Positions 19,810-27,775 of a stretch of 64,000 nt of DNA are shown here, one piece after another. Under the pieces are notes generated by a model. That model did no database searches. It saw only the letters and a list, made by a program, of their open reading frames with translations, and was not told the DNA's origin. This DNA comes from an uncultured Candidatus Binatia bacterium (GTDB lineage: Bacteria; Desulfobacterota; Binatia; Bin18): contig OZ243961.1 in assembly GCA_965214605.1 (NCBI GenBank), forward strand, positions 2,784,001-2,848,000, in the 5' to 3' direction. Positions within the stretch are counted from its first letter, which is position 1, and each line of letters begins with the position of its first letter. Both the position numbers and the translations under genes were made by a program.

Positions 19810-20229
19810 TTAGCCCGCCCCCTGCTGGGCGGCGATGGCAATCTGGTTCGCACCGGCCCGCTGGGCAGCCGATAGAATTTTGACGGCCTCGCCCAGAATG
19901 ACCGATTGGTCGCCCTCAAGGACGACCGGGACATCCTGCATCGTCTCGATAATGGGCCGCAGATACAGTTCTAATTCTGCCAGAGCGACCGGCTGATTAT
20001 TGACAAAAATTTCTTTCTGGGGCGTTACCGTGACAATGATCTGGCGCGGTTCGGACTCGGTTTCTTGGACTCGTGGCAGATCAATTGTGGCGCCCGACTG
20101 GACCATCGCCACACTGGTCACCATAAAGATGATCAGCAGGACGAGGAAGATATCGGTCAGGGGGGTGATGTTGATCTCGGACATGACCTCATCACGTCCG
20201 CCCCTTTTCTTCGGACCGTTCATTGCCAT
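19810..20229 (-). CDS. exbD: ExbD/TolR family protein (copy 1)
   Basis: EINITPLTDIFLVLLIIFMV, IDLP. Confidence 0.93.
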   Translation of the reverse strand: MAMNGPKKRGGRDEVMSEINITPLTDIFLVLLIIFMVTSVAMVQSGATIDLPRVQETESEPRQIIVTVTPQKEIFVNNQPVALAELELYLRPIIETMQDVPVVLEGDQSVILGEAVKILSAAQRAGANQIAIAAQQGAG

Positions 20230-20244
20230 GTCTGTGTCTCCTTC

Positions 20245-20895
20245 CTAAGCGGCGGACTGGACCGCTTCTTTTCTGCTGGTGCGGATCGCGTCGATAATGC
20301 GATCCGCACCAATCGTCATGGCGGTATCAATACGTTCCAGCTTGGTATTGAAATAATTGTAGAAGATAACCGCAATAATGGCGACCGCTAAGCCCAGCGC
20401 CGTGGCCACCAGGGCCTCAGAAATACCGCCGGCCACAATGGCAAATCCGCCGCTGCCCTCGACCGCCATGTTTTGGAAAGATTTGATGATCCCGACGACC
20501 GTGCCCAGCAGGCCAATAAACGGTGCACTCACACCGGTGGTGGCCAGAATCCAGATTGCGCCCTTGAGCCCCTCGGTCTCTTCAAGGCGGCGCTCTTCGG
20601 CCAGGCTGGACAACTGCTCGGTGGATTCGTCCTGCTGGCGAGAGATAATCTCGCCGAACACCCGACCGGCCGGCTCTTTGCTCTGCCCCTGGCTGGTCTC
20701 TAAGGCGGCATTAAAATCACCCTGCTGCAAGGGAGTGACCAGGTCTCTGGCCAGATGTAAGGTTTTCGTCATAATCCCTCTCAGGGTCCATAGCCGCTCC
20801 AGAATGATGGTGATACACACCACCGACATGATGATAAGCGGGTAGCTGACATACCAGCCCTGGTGAATCATATCCATTACGCTTAAGCCTTCCAC
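20245..20895 (-). CDS. exbB: MotA/TolQ/ExbB proton channel (copy 1)
   Basis: APFIGLLGTVVGIIKSF and GISEALVATALGL. GTG start at 20895 after AAGGAGG; the ORF-track extension overlaps padR. Confidence 0.93.
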   Translation of the reverse strand: MEGLSVMDMIHQGWYVSYPLIIMSVVCITIILERLWTLRGIMTKTLHLARDLVTPLQQGDFNAALETSQGQSKEPAGRVFGEIISRQQDESTEQLSSLAEERRLEETEGLKGAIWILATTGVSAPFIGLLGTVVGIIKSFQNMAVEGSGGFAIVAGGISEALVATALGLAVAIIAVIFYNYFNTKLERIDTAMTIGADRIIDAIRTSRKEAVQSAA

Positions 20896-20959
20896 GTTCC
20901 TGTCCTCCTTGTGGTTAAAAACGATGATCTCTAGATGGTTGCCATCGTCCACTTTTGTG

Positions 20960-21565
20960 TTACTGACCCAGATTTTCCTCTTTGGTCGAAGAGGGAGGGG
21001 GCGGTTCTGGACCAACGAAGTTGTCTGGCACGGCGAACTCGTGCAGAAATTGCTCAAGCCAGTCGATCTCGGCCTTGTGGTGGATGAGGCCGTGTTCAAT
21101 AATCTTGGCCTGGGTGGGAGTGACCTTTTTTTGGGCTGTCCAGTAGGTCTGTTGATCGACAATCCAAGCCAACCGTTTTTGGGCCCATTTCAGATGTTTG
21201 TTCAGGGCAGCGCGCAGTTCGTCGGGCTTGATGAAATGCCCAAAGGCTAAGGCCGCGTTAAGGGGATCAAACACCTTCTCTCGGCTCTTGGTGTCAAATA
21301 ACAGGCGACGCAGCTCGGTCTGCAGATACCCACGACCGGCCGAGGTGATCTGGTAAATCTGCCGCATCGGATAGCGCCCTTTCTGTTCGGCCCAGGCTTT
21401 CTCCACATATCCGGAACGTTCGAGCTGGCCGAGGTTGTAGTACAGCGATCCCCCGCTGAGATTGATATACGTTGCGTATAGCCGCCGTTCGACCTCCTGA
21501 CGCAGCTCGTAGCCGTGATACGGTTGCTCGGACAGAAGACCAAGAATGACGAGTTGAACGCTCAC
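20960..21565 (-). CDS. PadR-family transcriptional regulator
   Basis: LVILGLLSEQPYHGYEL, GSLYYNLGQLERSGYV, YQITSAGR; long C-terminal dimerisation domain. Confidence 0.92.
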   Translation of the reverse strand: MSVQLVILGLLSEQPYHGYELRQEVERRLYATYINLSGGSLYYNLGQLERSGYVEKAWAEQKGRYPMRQIYQITSAGRGYLQTELRRLLFDTKSREKVFDPLNAALAFGHFIKPDELRAALNKHLKWAQKRLAWIVDQQTYWTAQKKVTPTQAKIIEHGLIHHKAEIDWLEQFLHEFAVPDNFVGPEPPPPSSTKEENLGQ

Positions 21566-21583
21566 AAAATATCCTTCCTAAAA

Positions 21584-21599
21584 TAGTTCACGTGGACTA
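21584..21599. promoter_or_regulatory. Candidate PadR operator 1 (TAGT-N8-ACTA)
   Basis: TAGTTCACGTGGACTA, a near-perfect palindrome just upstream of the padR RBS. Confidence 0.55.
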
Positions 21600-21735
21600 A
21601 TTGCATAAAGGGCTGATAAACACAATATCAAGAGCCAATATCCAAGAAACGAGCGGCGGCCTGTATTAAGCGGCTGAGCTACGTCCGGTAGACGCAATTG
21701 AATCGGCTTTGTGCCGGGGTTTACTCTCCTCAGAG

Positions 21736-21778
21736 TAGTTTGCACGGACTACATAAGCGAGATTCAAAATTTTGTCAA
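21736..21778 (-). promoter_or_regulatory. Sigma70-type promoter of the padR operon overlapped by candidate operator 2
   Basis: Minus strand TTGACA(21778-21773)-N17-TATGTA(21755-21750); TAGTTTGCACGGACTA at 21736-21751. Confidence 0.55.
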
Positions 21779-21827
21779 GAAAAATTTCGAAGAAAAACGC
21801 TCGGCTCCCTGTCTTCGTTATGGAGAA

Positions 21828-22529
21828 TTACGTCACATGATCTTTCTCAATCACCCCCCGCTCGTGGAGTAAGTTGAGAATAATATCAAGGCTATGGTCC
21901 CACAGCTTGACCTTGAGCTGGTCGTACAAGGTGAAGTTGGCCAGCCGTAACATGGGTCGTTTATCGACAAAGTCGATGACATTGATGCAGCCAAAGTCCT
22001 GCTCAATATTAAACACACGGCCGTCGGTGAGACCCAGAACGGAGGCCAGCAGGGCGTTATTGCTCCCACCGTGGGCAACGACGAGCAGCGTCCGCCAGTC
22101 GGCTTGGGCCAGGATTGTCTCCAGAAACCGTTCCCCGCGTTCTCGGACCTGGCGGAAACTCTCGCCGCCCAGATAGGGCTCGTCCCAGCCGGTGGCCGGA
22201 CTGGTAAAGAACCGCTGGACGGAGCGGAAAATATCGGTCAGGTTCTGCGTGGCGGTCAATTCATCACTCGGGGTGATCTCTGTCAGGTTTGGGTCGAGGT
22301 GGACCTTGAGGCCCGTCTCGTCGGCAATAATCCTGGCAGTTTCGTGGGCGCGTGACAGCGGGCTGGAATAGATGCGGTCAAGACGGACAGCGTGAAACAG
22401 AAGGGCCGCGGTAGCGATTTGTTCTCGGCCGCGCTCGGTCAGGGCTCCGTTGCCGATCGCTCCCTCGTTGGCGGTCCGCTGATACAAGGTTTCTCCGTGG
22501 CGCATGAGATAGATCCGGCGGCGCTCCAT
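21828..22529 (-). CDS. Histidine phosphatase (phosphoglycerate mutase-like) family protein
   Basis: IYLMRHGET, SSPLSRAHETA, GGESF, VVAHGG. Confidence 0.88.
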   Translation of the reverse strand: MERRRIYLMRHGETLYQRTANEGAIGNGALTERGREQIATAALLFHAVRLDRIYSSPLSRAHETARIIADETGLKVHLDPNLTEITPSDELTATQNLTDIFRSVQRFFTSPATGWDEPYLGGESFRQVRERGERFLETILAQADWRTLLVVAHGGSNNALLASVLGLTDGRVFNIEQDFGCINVIDFVDKRPMLRLANFTLYDQLKVKLWDHSLDIILNLLHERGVIEKDHVT

Positions 22530-22554
22530 GGTGGTCTCCCTTTGCACCGGAGTG

Positions 22555-24075
22555 CTAATAGGCCTTGGCAAAAATGATCCGGCGACGGCTCGGCTGGCCG
22601 CTCAGCACACACGTGCCTTCTTCTTCTGGAGCGTTGAGCGGAATACACCGAATCGTGACGTTCAGATCATTTTTGATCGTCTCTTCAACCTCCGGCTGGC
22701 CACTCCAGTGGCTGAGAGCAAAGCCGGCGTGAATCTCCGGTTTGTCAGGCTTGTGAGGGGTGAAGAAATCGTACAGGTCGGCCTTTGAGTCAATGCGGTG
22801 CGTATGTTGATCCCGAAAGCTGCGGGCTCGGTCGAGCAGAGTGTGCTGGATGTCGTCGAGTTGGGTACTGAGCGTTGCGACGAACTCGGTCCGCGACTGG
22901 CTGAAGCGCTCTGAGTGCTGTCGGTCGCGGCGACCGACAAAGACCGCGTCGTTTTCAAGTTCACGCTGGCCGACCTCAAGACGGATGGGCACGCCTTTTT
23001 TAATCCACGACCAGACCTTTTCTCCACCCGAGGCGTCCCGCACATCAAGTTCGACCTGCAGAGGCTGGTCATCGTAGCGCAGGCTCCGCAGCTCTTGGGC
23101 CAACCGCTCGCAGTAGGCTGAAATCTTGGCCCGATTACCCTTGCGCAGCAGGGGCAAAATAACGACCTGACGAGGAGCGAGTTTGGGGGGCAGGACGAGG
23201 CCGTTATCGTCACTATGGGTCATGATTAAACCACCGATGAGGCGGGTCGACACTCCCCATGAGGTCGTCCAGGCGTAGGCTTGCTGGCCGCTGGTATCAG
23301 CGAACCGAATCTCGGACGACCGGGCAAAATTCTGTCCTAAAAAGTGTGAGGTGCCGGCCTGGAGCGCCTTGCGGTCCTGCATCATGGCTTCGATAGAATA
23401 GGTCGATACCGCACCGGGGAAGCGCTCGCTCTGGGTCTTTTCGCCTTTAATCACCGGAATCGCCATGTAACGCTCGGCAAAATCGGTGTACACGTCGAGC
23501 ATGCGGATGGTCTCTTGTTGGGCTTCTTCGGCGGTGGCGTGAACCGTATGACCCTCCTGCCAGAGGAATTCAGCGGTGCGCAGAAAAATACGCGGCCGCA
23601 TTTCCCAACGCACGACGTTGGCCCACTGATTGATCAGCAGCGGCAGGTCGCGGTAGGATTGGACCCACTTGGCAAATGTCGCCCCAATAATGGTTTCGGA
23701 GGTGGGGCGGACCACTAAGGGTTCGGTCAGTTCTCCGGACGGAACGAGCTGGCCGTCCGGTCCGGCCTCCAGCCGATGGTGGGTGACCACGGCACATTCT
23801 TTGGCAAAGCCTTCGACGTGTTCGGCCTCTTTTTGCATAAAGCTGAGCGGAATAAAGAGTGGGAAATAGGCGTTTTGATGGCCGGTGGCCTTGAACATGG
23901 CGTCTAAGACCCGCTGGATGTTCTCCCACAGGCTATAGCCCCAGGGCTTGATGACCATGCAGCCCCGGACCGCTGAGGTTTCGGCTAGATCAGCGGCCCG
24001 GATGATCTGTTGGTACCACTCGGTGTAGTCTTCTTCTCGGGTGGGAGAAATCGCCGTCTTCAGGGCTCGTTTCAT
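22555..24075 (-). CDS. proS: Proline--tRNA ligase, archaeal/eukaryotic-type
   Basis: VRGCMVIKPWG, RPTSET, QWANVVRWE, EFLWQEGHT, QAGTSHFLGQNF, C-terminal AKAY; no INS editing domain. Confidence 0.97.
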   Translation of the reverse strand: MKRALKTAISPTREEDYTEWYQQIIRAADLAETSAVRGCMVIKPWGYSLWENIQRVLDAMFKATGHQNAYFPLFIPLSFMQKEAEHVEGFAKECAVVTHHRLEAGPDGQLVPSGELTEPLVVRPTSETIIGATFAKWVQSYRDLPLLINQWANVVRWEMRPRIFLRTAEFLWQEGHTVHATAEEAQQETIRMLDVYTDFAERYMAIPVIKGEKTQSERFPGAVSTYSIEAMMQDRKALQAGTSHFLGQNFARSSEIRFADTSGQQAYAWTTSWGVSTRLIGGLIMTHSDDNGLVLPPKLAPRQVVILPLLRKGNRAKISAYCERLAQELRSLRYDDQPLQVELDVRDASGGEKVWSWIKKGVPIRLEVGQRELENDAVFVGRRDRQHSERFSQSRTEFVATLSTQLDDIQHTLLDRARSFRDQHTHRIDSKADLYDFFTPHKPDKPEIHAGFALSHWSGQPEVEETIKNDLNVTIRCIPLNAPEEEGTCVLSGQPSRRRIIFAKAY

Positions 24076-24782
24076 GCCGCTCCTCCGTGTCTGTCCACGC
24101 GGTCGCTGAGCAGAGTCTCTGCCAAGCGTAGGTCGTCTGGAGTGGTGATCTTAAAATTGCGCCGCTCTCCGGGCACAATCTGGACTCTGCCACCAAATTT
24201 TTCGATAAGTGCCGCGTCATCGGTGACGCGAATCGCTTTGGCTAGGGCACGCTGGTGGGCCTCTCTGATGAGTTCGACACGGAAGGTCTGGGGAGTCTGC
24301 GCCAGCCAGACCTCTTGGCGCGGCAGCGTCTCGACAACGGTCCGGTTGGAATCACTCCGTTTGAGCGTGTCGGCCGCTGGCACCGCAACGAGCGCTGCCC
24401 CGGCCTGGCTGGCAACCCGAATGCTGTTGGCGATGATGGTTGGGCTGATAAATGGACGGGCGGCGTCGTGAATCACCACGATCTCACACCCCGAATCAAG
24501 CGCGGTGAGGCCAAGACGGACCGAGTCCTGGCGTTGGGGGCCACCGTGTGACAGGCGTATGGCACGCCGAAACGGTCCGTGGGCTTGGAGCAACTCACGA
24601 CACAGGTTTTCGCGTTCAGGCGCAATGACCACAACAAGGGTGGACAGCAGAGGGGAGTGGTCGAGGCTACGCAGCGTGTGTATGAGGAGGGGAACGCCAC
24701 ACACTGGCAGAAATGGCTTAGGGACACGCGTTCCCAAGCGTTCGCCCTTGCCGGCTGCAACAATAACTGCGTTCACGTGCAT
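24072..24782 (-). CDS. ispD: 2-C-methyl-D-erythritol 4-phosphate cytidylyltransferase
   Basis: AAGKGERLG, GGPQRQDSV, IHDAARP, QTPQTF, TDDAAL, NFKITTPDDL. Confidence 0.95.
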   Translation of the reverse strand: MHVNAVIVAAGKGERLGTRVPKPFLPVCGVPLLIHTLRSLDHSPLLSTLVVVIAPERENLCRELLQAHGPFRRAIRLSHGGPQRQDSVRLGLTALDSGCEIVVIHDAARPFISPTIIANSIRVASQAGAALVAVPAADTLKRSDSNRTVVETLPRQEVWLAQTPQTFRVELIREAHQRALAKAIRVTDDAALIEKFGGRVQIVPGERRNFKITTPDDLRLAETLLSDRVDRHGGAA

Positions 24783-24851
24783 AGGAAAAACAAAGGCCGG
24801 GAATACCCCAGCCTCTGCCATTGAGATTGAAACCAGACTAACCTTGCCGAC

Positions 24852-25334
24852 TTAATGGGCGAAAATGGTTTTCAGGTCATCGATAATTTTCTCTTCGGTA
24901 TGTGCACTGGCTATGGAGAGCTCTTTGACGAGCAGGTTGCGGGCCGTGTCGAGCATTTTCCGCTCCCCAAACGACAGCTCTTTGTCGGCTTTAAGTACAA
25001 ACAGATCGCGCAGCACTTTGGCAATTTCTAACACCGAGCCGGTTTTGATCATTTCGGTATACTCTCGGTGCCGCCGGTTCCAGGTCTGTTGATCGACTTC
25101 AATTTTTTTTGTGCGCAGGATGCGATAGACTTTTCTGACCATTTCTTTGCTGATGACCGGCCGTAGTCCTGCCGCTGCAACGTTGGTGGTCGGGATCATG
25201 ATAGTCATCTCGCTCTCTAGAATCCGCAACACATAGAACTTCTGCTCATGGCCAGATATGCTCTTCGCCTGCATCCCCTCAATCACCCCTACACCGTGGC
25301 CAGGATAGACGACCTTCTCCCCAATCTTGAACAT
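24852..25334 (-). CDS. carD: CarD/CdnL family transcription factor
   Basis: FKIGEKVVYPGHGVG, TWNRRHREY with the conserved Trp, LSFGERKML. Confidence 0.93.
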   Translation of the reverse strand: MFKIGEKVVYPGHGVGVIEGMQAKSISGHEQKFYVLRILESEMTIMIPTTNVAAAGLRPVISKEMVRKVYRILRTKKIEVDQQTWNRRHREYTEMIKTGSVLEIAKVLRDLFVLKADKELSFGERKMLDTARNLLVKELSIASAHTEEKIIDDLKTIFAH

Positions 25335-25368
25335 CGGCTTCCCTCCTAGCGGCATTCAGGACCGGAGA

Positions 25369-25397
25369 ATGGTAGCGGATTCGGCCGCTGGCGTCAA
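25369..25397 (-). promoter_or_regulatory. Sigma70-type promoter of carD
   Basis: TTGACG-N17-TACCAT on the minus strand. Confidence 0.65.
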
Positions 25398-25425
25398 ATT
25401 CCTAACTATTCGAAAACAGACAACT

Positions 25426-26004
25426 TTATTCATCTGCCAGTAGTAGAATTTCGACCGCGCGTCCGTGCCCAACTTGGGATCCGACCCACCTAGCAAGGCG
25501 GGCCCTCAGGTACTTACTGCGGAACATGTCGTGGATTCGTTCCGTTTCTGTTGGATCGTCTATGAATCGGGCCCTGCCAGAAAAATGAAAATCGCCAATC
25601 CTCAAGCCTATTCGATTATTTTTCTTGAGGTTTTGATACCAAGCGGTCTTGCCGTTGTTGCCGGCCTGGATATAGAAGCGGGAGGGGTCGTGCTCATAAA
25701 TAAACCAGACGAGGACGCTGCGCAGCTTGCCGCTTTTTCGGCCTATCGTCATAATTTCGACAATCGACTCTGCGGCGTGCGCTTCAAGCTCTACCCGGAG
25801 GCGGTCGGCTAGCTGGGCGCGCGCGATTCTCTTGGCCTGAGGGTCAGGGTGCTCCACCCGGACATCCTGAACCGCTTCAGGATTGGCCTGGGTGGGGCCG
25901 GACTCTTGGGCCAAACTGTCTAGCACGGCCCATCCGGCCAAGCTGGGCCCGAGGCTCAAGCTGCAAAATAGCAAAACATAGTGTCGCAGGCCGATTCGCG
26001 TCAT
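25426..26004 (-). CDS. Deazaflavin-dependent nitroreductase (DDN/F420H2)-like split-barrel protein with a signal-like N-terminus
   Basis: TIGRKSGKLRSVLVWF, KTAWYQNLKKN, FRSKY. Confidence 0.7.
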   Translation of the reverse strand: MTRIGLRHYVLLFCSLSLGPSLAGWAVLDSLAQESGPTQANPEAVQDVRVEHPDPQAKRIARAQLADRLRVELEAHAAESIVEIMTIGRKSGKLRSVLVWFIYEHDPSRFYIQAGNNGKTAWYQNLKKNNRIGLRIGDFHFSGRARFIDDPTETERIHDMFRSKYLRARLARWVGSQVGHGRAVEILLLADE

Positions 26005-26187
26005 TGCTCCCTCCTAATCATGGGCATCTACCAGGCCGATACTCCCATCATTGCCGTTCTGGTGGGCCGATACAATCCTACCGGGCTGGGAATGGAGTTG
26101 GAGTGTCCCCTTTTCCAAACAACAGAGAGTGTGGTAGCCTTGAGCAACTCTAGACTTCACGTCCTATTTGTTTAAGGAGGAATCCGC

Positions 26188-26526
26188 ATGGCTACGCAAT
26201 ATTATTTTCGGGTCGCCGATGAAGCTATTGAGGTGCAAACCGGTACGCACGCTTCCCCCAATATCACGATTTCCATGAAGGAGAGTGATTATCTTGATAT
26301 GATAAACGGGAAATTGAACGGGCAGATGGCCTTTATGAGCGGCAAGCTCAAAATCACAGGCAATATGGGGCTAGCAATGCGGCTGCAAGGGCTGTTTAAG
26401 GCCCGCGGCTCGGATGATGCCGAGGTGACCTCGGTCCAAGAGGTTATTGACGGTTCGGCCGATAACTTCAACAAATCGGCCGCCAAAGGTCTCGACGCGG
26501 TCTTTCAGTTTGATCTGAGCGACTGA
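26188..26526 (+). CDS. SCP2 sterol/lipid-binding domain protein, circularly permuted
   Basis: [27 protein letters not shown] is the SCP2 signature; strong AAGGAGG RBS. Confidence 0.85.
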   Translation: MATQYYFRVADEAIEVQTGTHASPNITISMKESDYLDMINGKLNGQMAFMSGKLKITGNMGLAMRLQGLFKARGSDDAEVTSVQEVIDGSADNFNKSAAKGLDAVFQFDLSD

Positions 26527-26574
26527 GTCGCTGCCCTCCCTCTCTCGCTTCACGGGTCTTTCCCAAGCTCCCAC

Positions 26575-27771
26575 ATGCCGACCCACACCTTCATTGGCCT
26601 AATGTCCGGCACCTCGCACGACGGGATTGACGCCGCGCTCGTCGATATCACCTTTGCCCACAAACGTTTTCAGACTCGCCAGCGGGCGTTTCGCGCTTTT
26701 CCGTACACGCGCCCTGTGCGTGAGCGTTTATTGCGGCTCAGTCAGGGGGCTGCGGTTCAGGCTGGTGAGGTCGCTCAGGTCAATGTGCTGCTAGGCGAGC
26801 TGTTTGCCAAAGCCGCGCTCAGGCTGTGTCAGGCAGCCCAGGTCTCTTGTGACCGCGTGGTGGCGATTGGTTCACACGGGCATACGATCTACCATCAACC
26901 CCGTCAGCGACCAGGACCGGGCTCCACCCTGCAAATCGGTGAGCCGGCCGTTATTGCCGCCCGGACAGGTATCACCACGGTGGCCGATTTTCGACCCGCC
27001 GATGTGGCGATGGGCGGAGAGGGCGCCCCTCTCGCCCCCTATGTCCATTACCTCTTGTTTCACCAGCCCCAGCGCTCGGTCGCTGTCCACAATATCGGCG
27101 GAATCGCCAACCTGAGCTATTTGCCTGCCCATGCTGGGCTCGACGGCGTCCTCGCCTTTGATACCGGTCCCGGTAATATGGTCATTGACGGAGTGGTACA
27201 GGCGGTCAGCGGGGGAAAAAGGCTCTACGATAAAGAGGGGCGTATGGCTCGCCGCGGCAGGGTCCACAAGCCCTTATTGGCCGAACTCTTGCGCCATCCG
27301 TATTTTCGACGTCGACCGCCCAAATCAACCGGCCGCGAGGAGTTTGGTGCGTCGTATATCCGAGACTTCCTCAGCCGGGCGTCGCGCCTAGAGGCCGAGG
27401 ATCAGGTTGCCACAGCCACAGCCTTGACGGTCGAAAGCATGGCGCGCGCCTACCGTACCTTTGTGTGCCGCCGGGGTGCGCTCGATGAGATTGTGCTGAC
27501 CGGCGGTGGGAGCCTCAACCCGGTGCTCGGTGAGTGGTTGGCCGAGGCACTGCCGCACATCCGGGTACGGACCTTGGAAAAACTCGGATTTGAAAGCCAG
27601 GCTCTTGAGGCGCTGGCCTTCGCGGTGCTGGCCTATGCAACGCTCCATGGCCTCCCGGCGAATGTGCGTGGCGCAACCGGCGCTCGGGCCCAGGTCGTGC
27701 TCGGCAAAGTGGTACCGGGACGCAACTATCGCACAACCCGGATCACAGAGCCTCATGGCGAAGGAGGATAA
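26575..27771 (+). CDS. anmK: Anhydro-N-acetylmuramic acid kinase
   Basis: IGLMSGTSHDGID, GSHGHT, DFRPADVAMGGEGAPL, NIGGIAN, FDTGPGN, PKSTGREEF. Confidence 0.95.
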   Translation: MPTHTFIGLMSGTSHDGIDAALVDITFAHKRFQTRQRAFRAFPYTRPVRERLLRLSQGAAVQAGEVAQVNVLLGELFAKAALRLCQAAQVSCDRVVAIGSHGHTIYHQPRQRPGPGSTLQIGEPAVIAARTGITTVADFRPADVAMGGEGAPLAPYVHYLLFHQPQRSVAVHNIGGIANLSYLPAHAGLDGVLAFDTGPGNMVIDGVVQAVSGGKRLYDKEGRMARRGRVHKPLLAELLRHPYFRRRPPKSTGREEFGASYIRDFLSRASRLEAEDQVATATALTVESMARAYRTFVCRRGALDEIVLTGGGSLNPVLGEWLAEALPHIRVRTLEKLGFESQALEALAFAVLAYATLHGLPANVRGATGARAQVVLGKVVPGRNYRTTRITEPHGEGG

Positions 27772-27775
27772 TCAC

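Noticed and set aside
20896-21162. Apparent N-terminal extension on ExbB1
   Set aside because: Overlaps padR; a strong AAGGAGG precedes GTG 20895.
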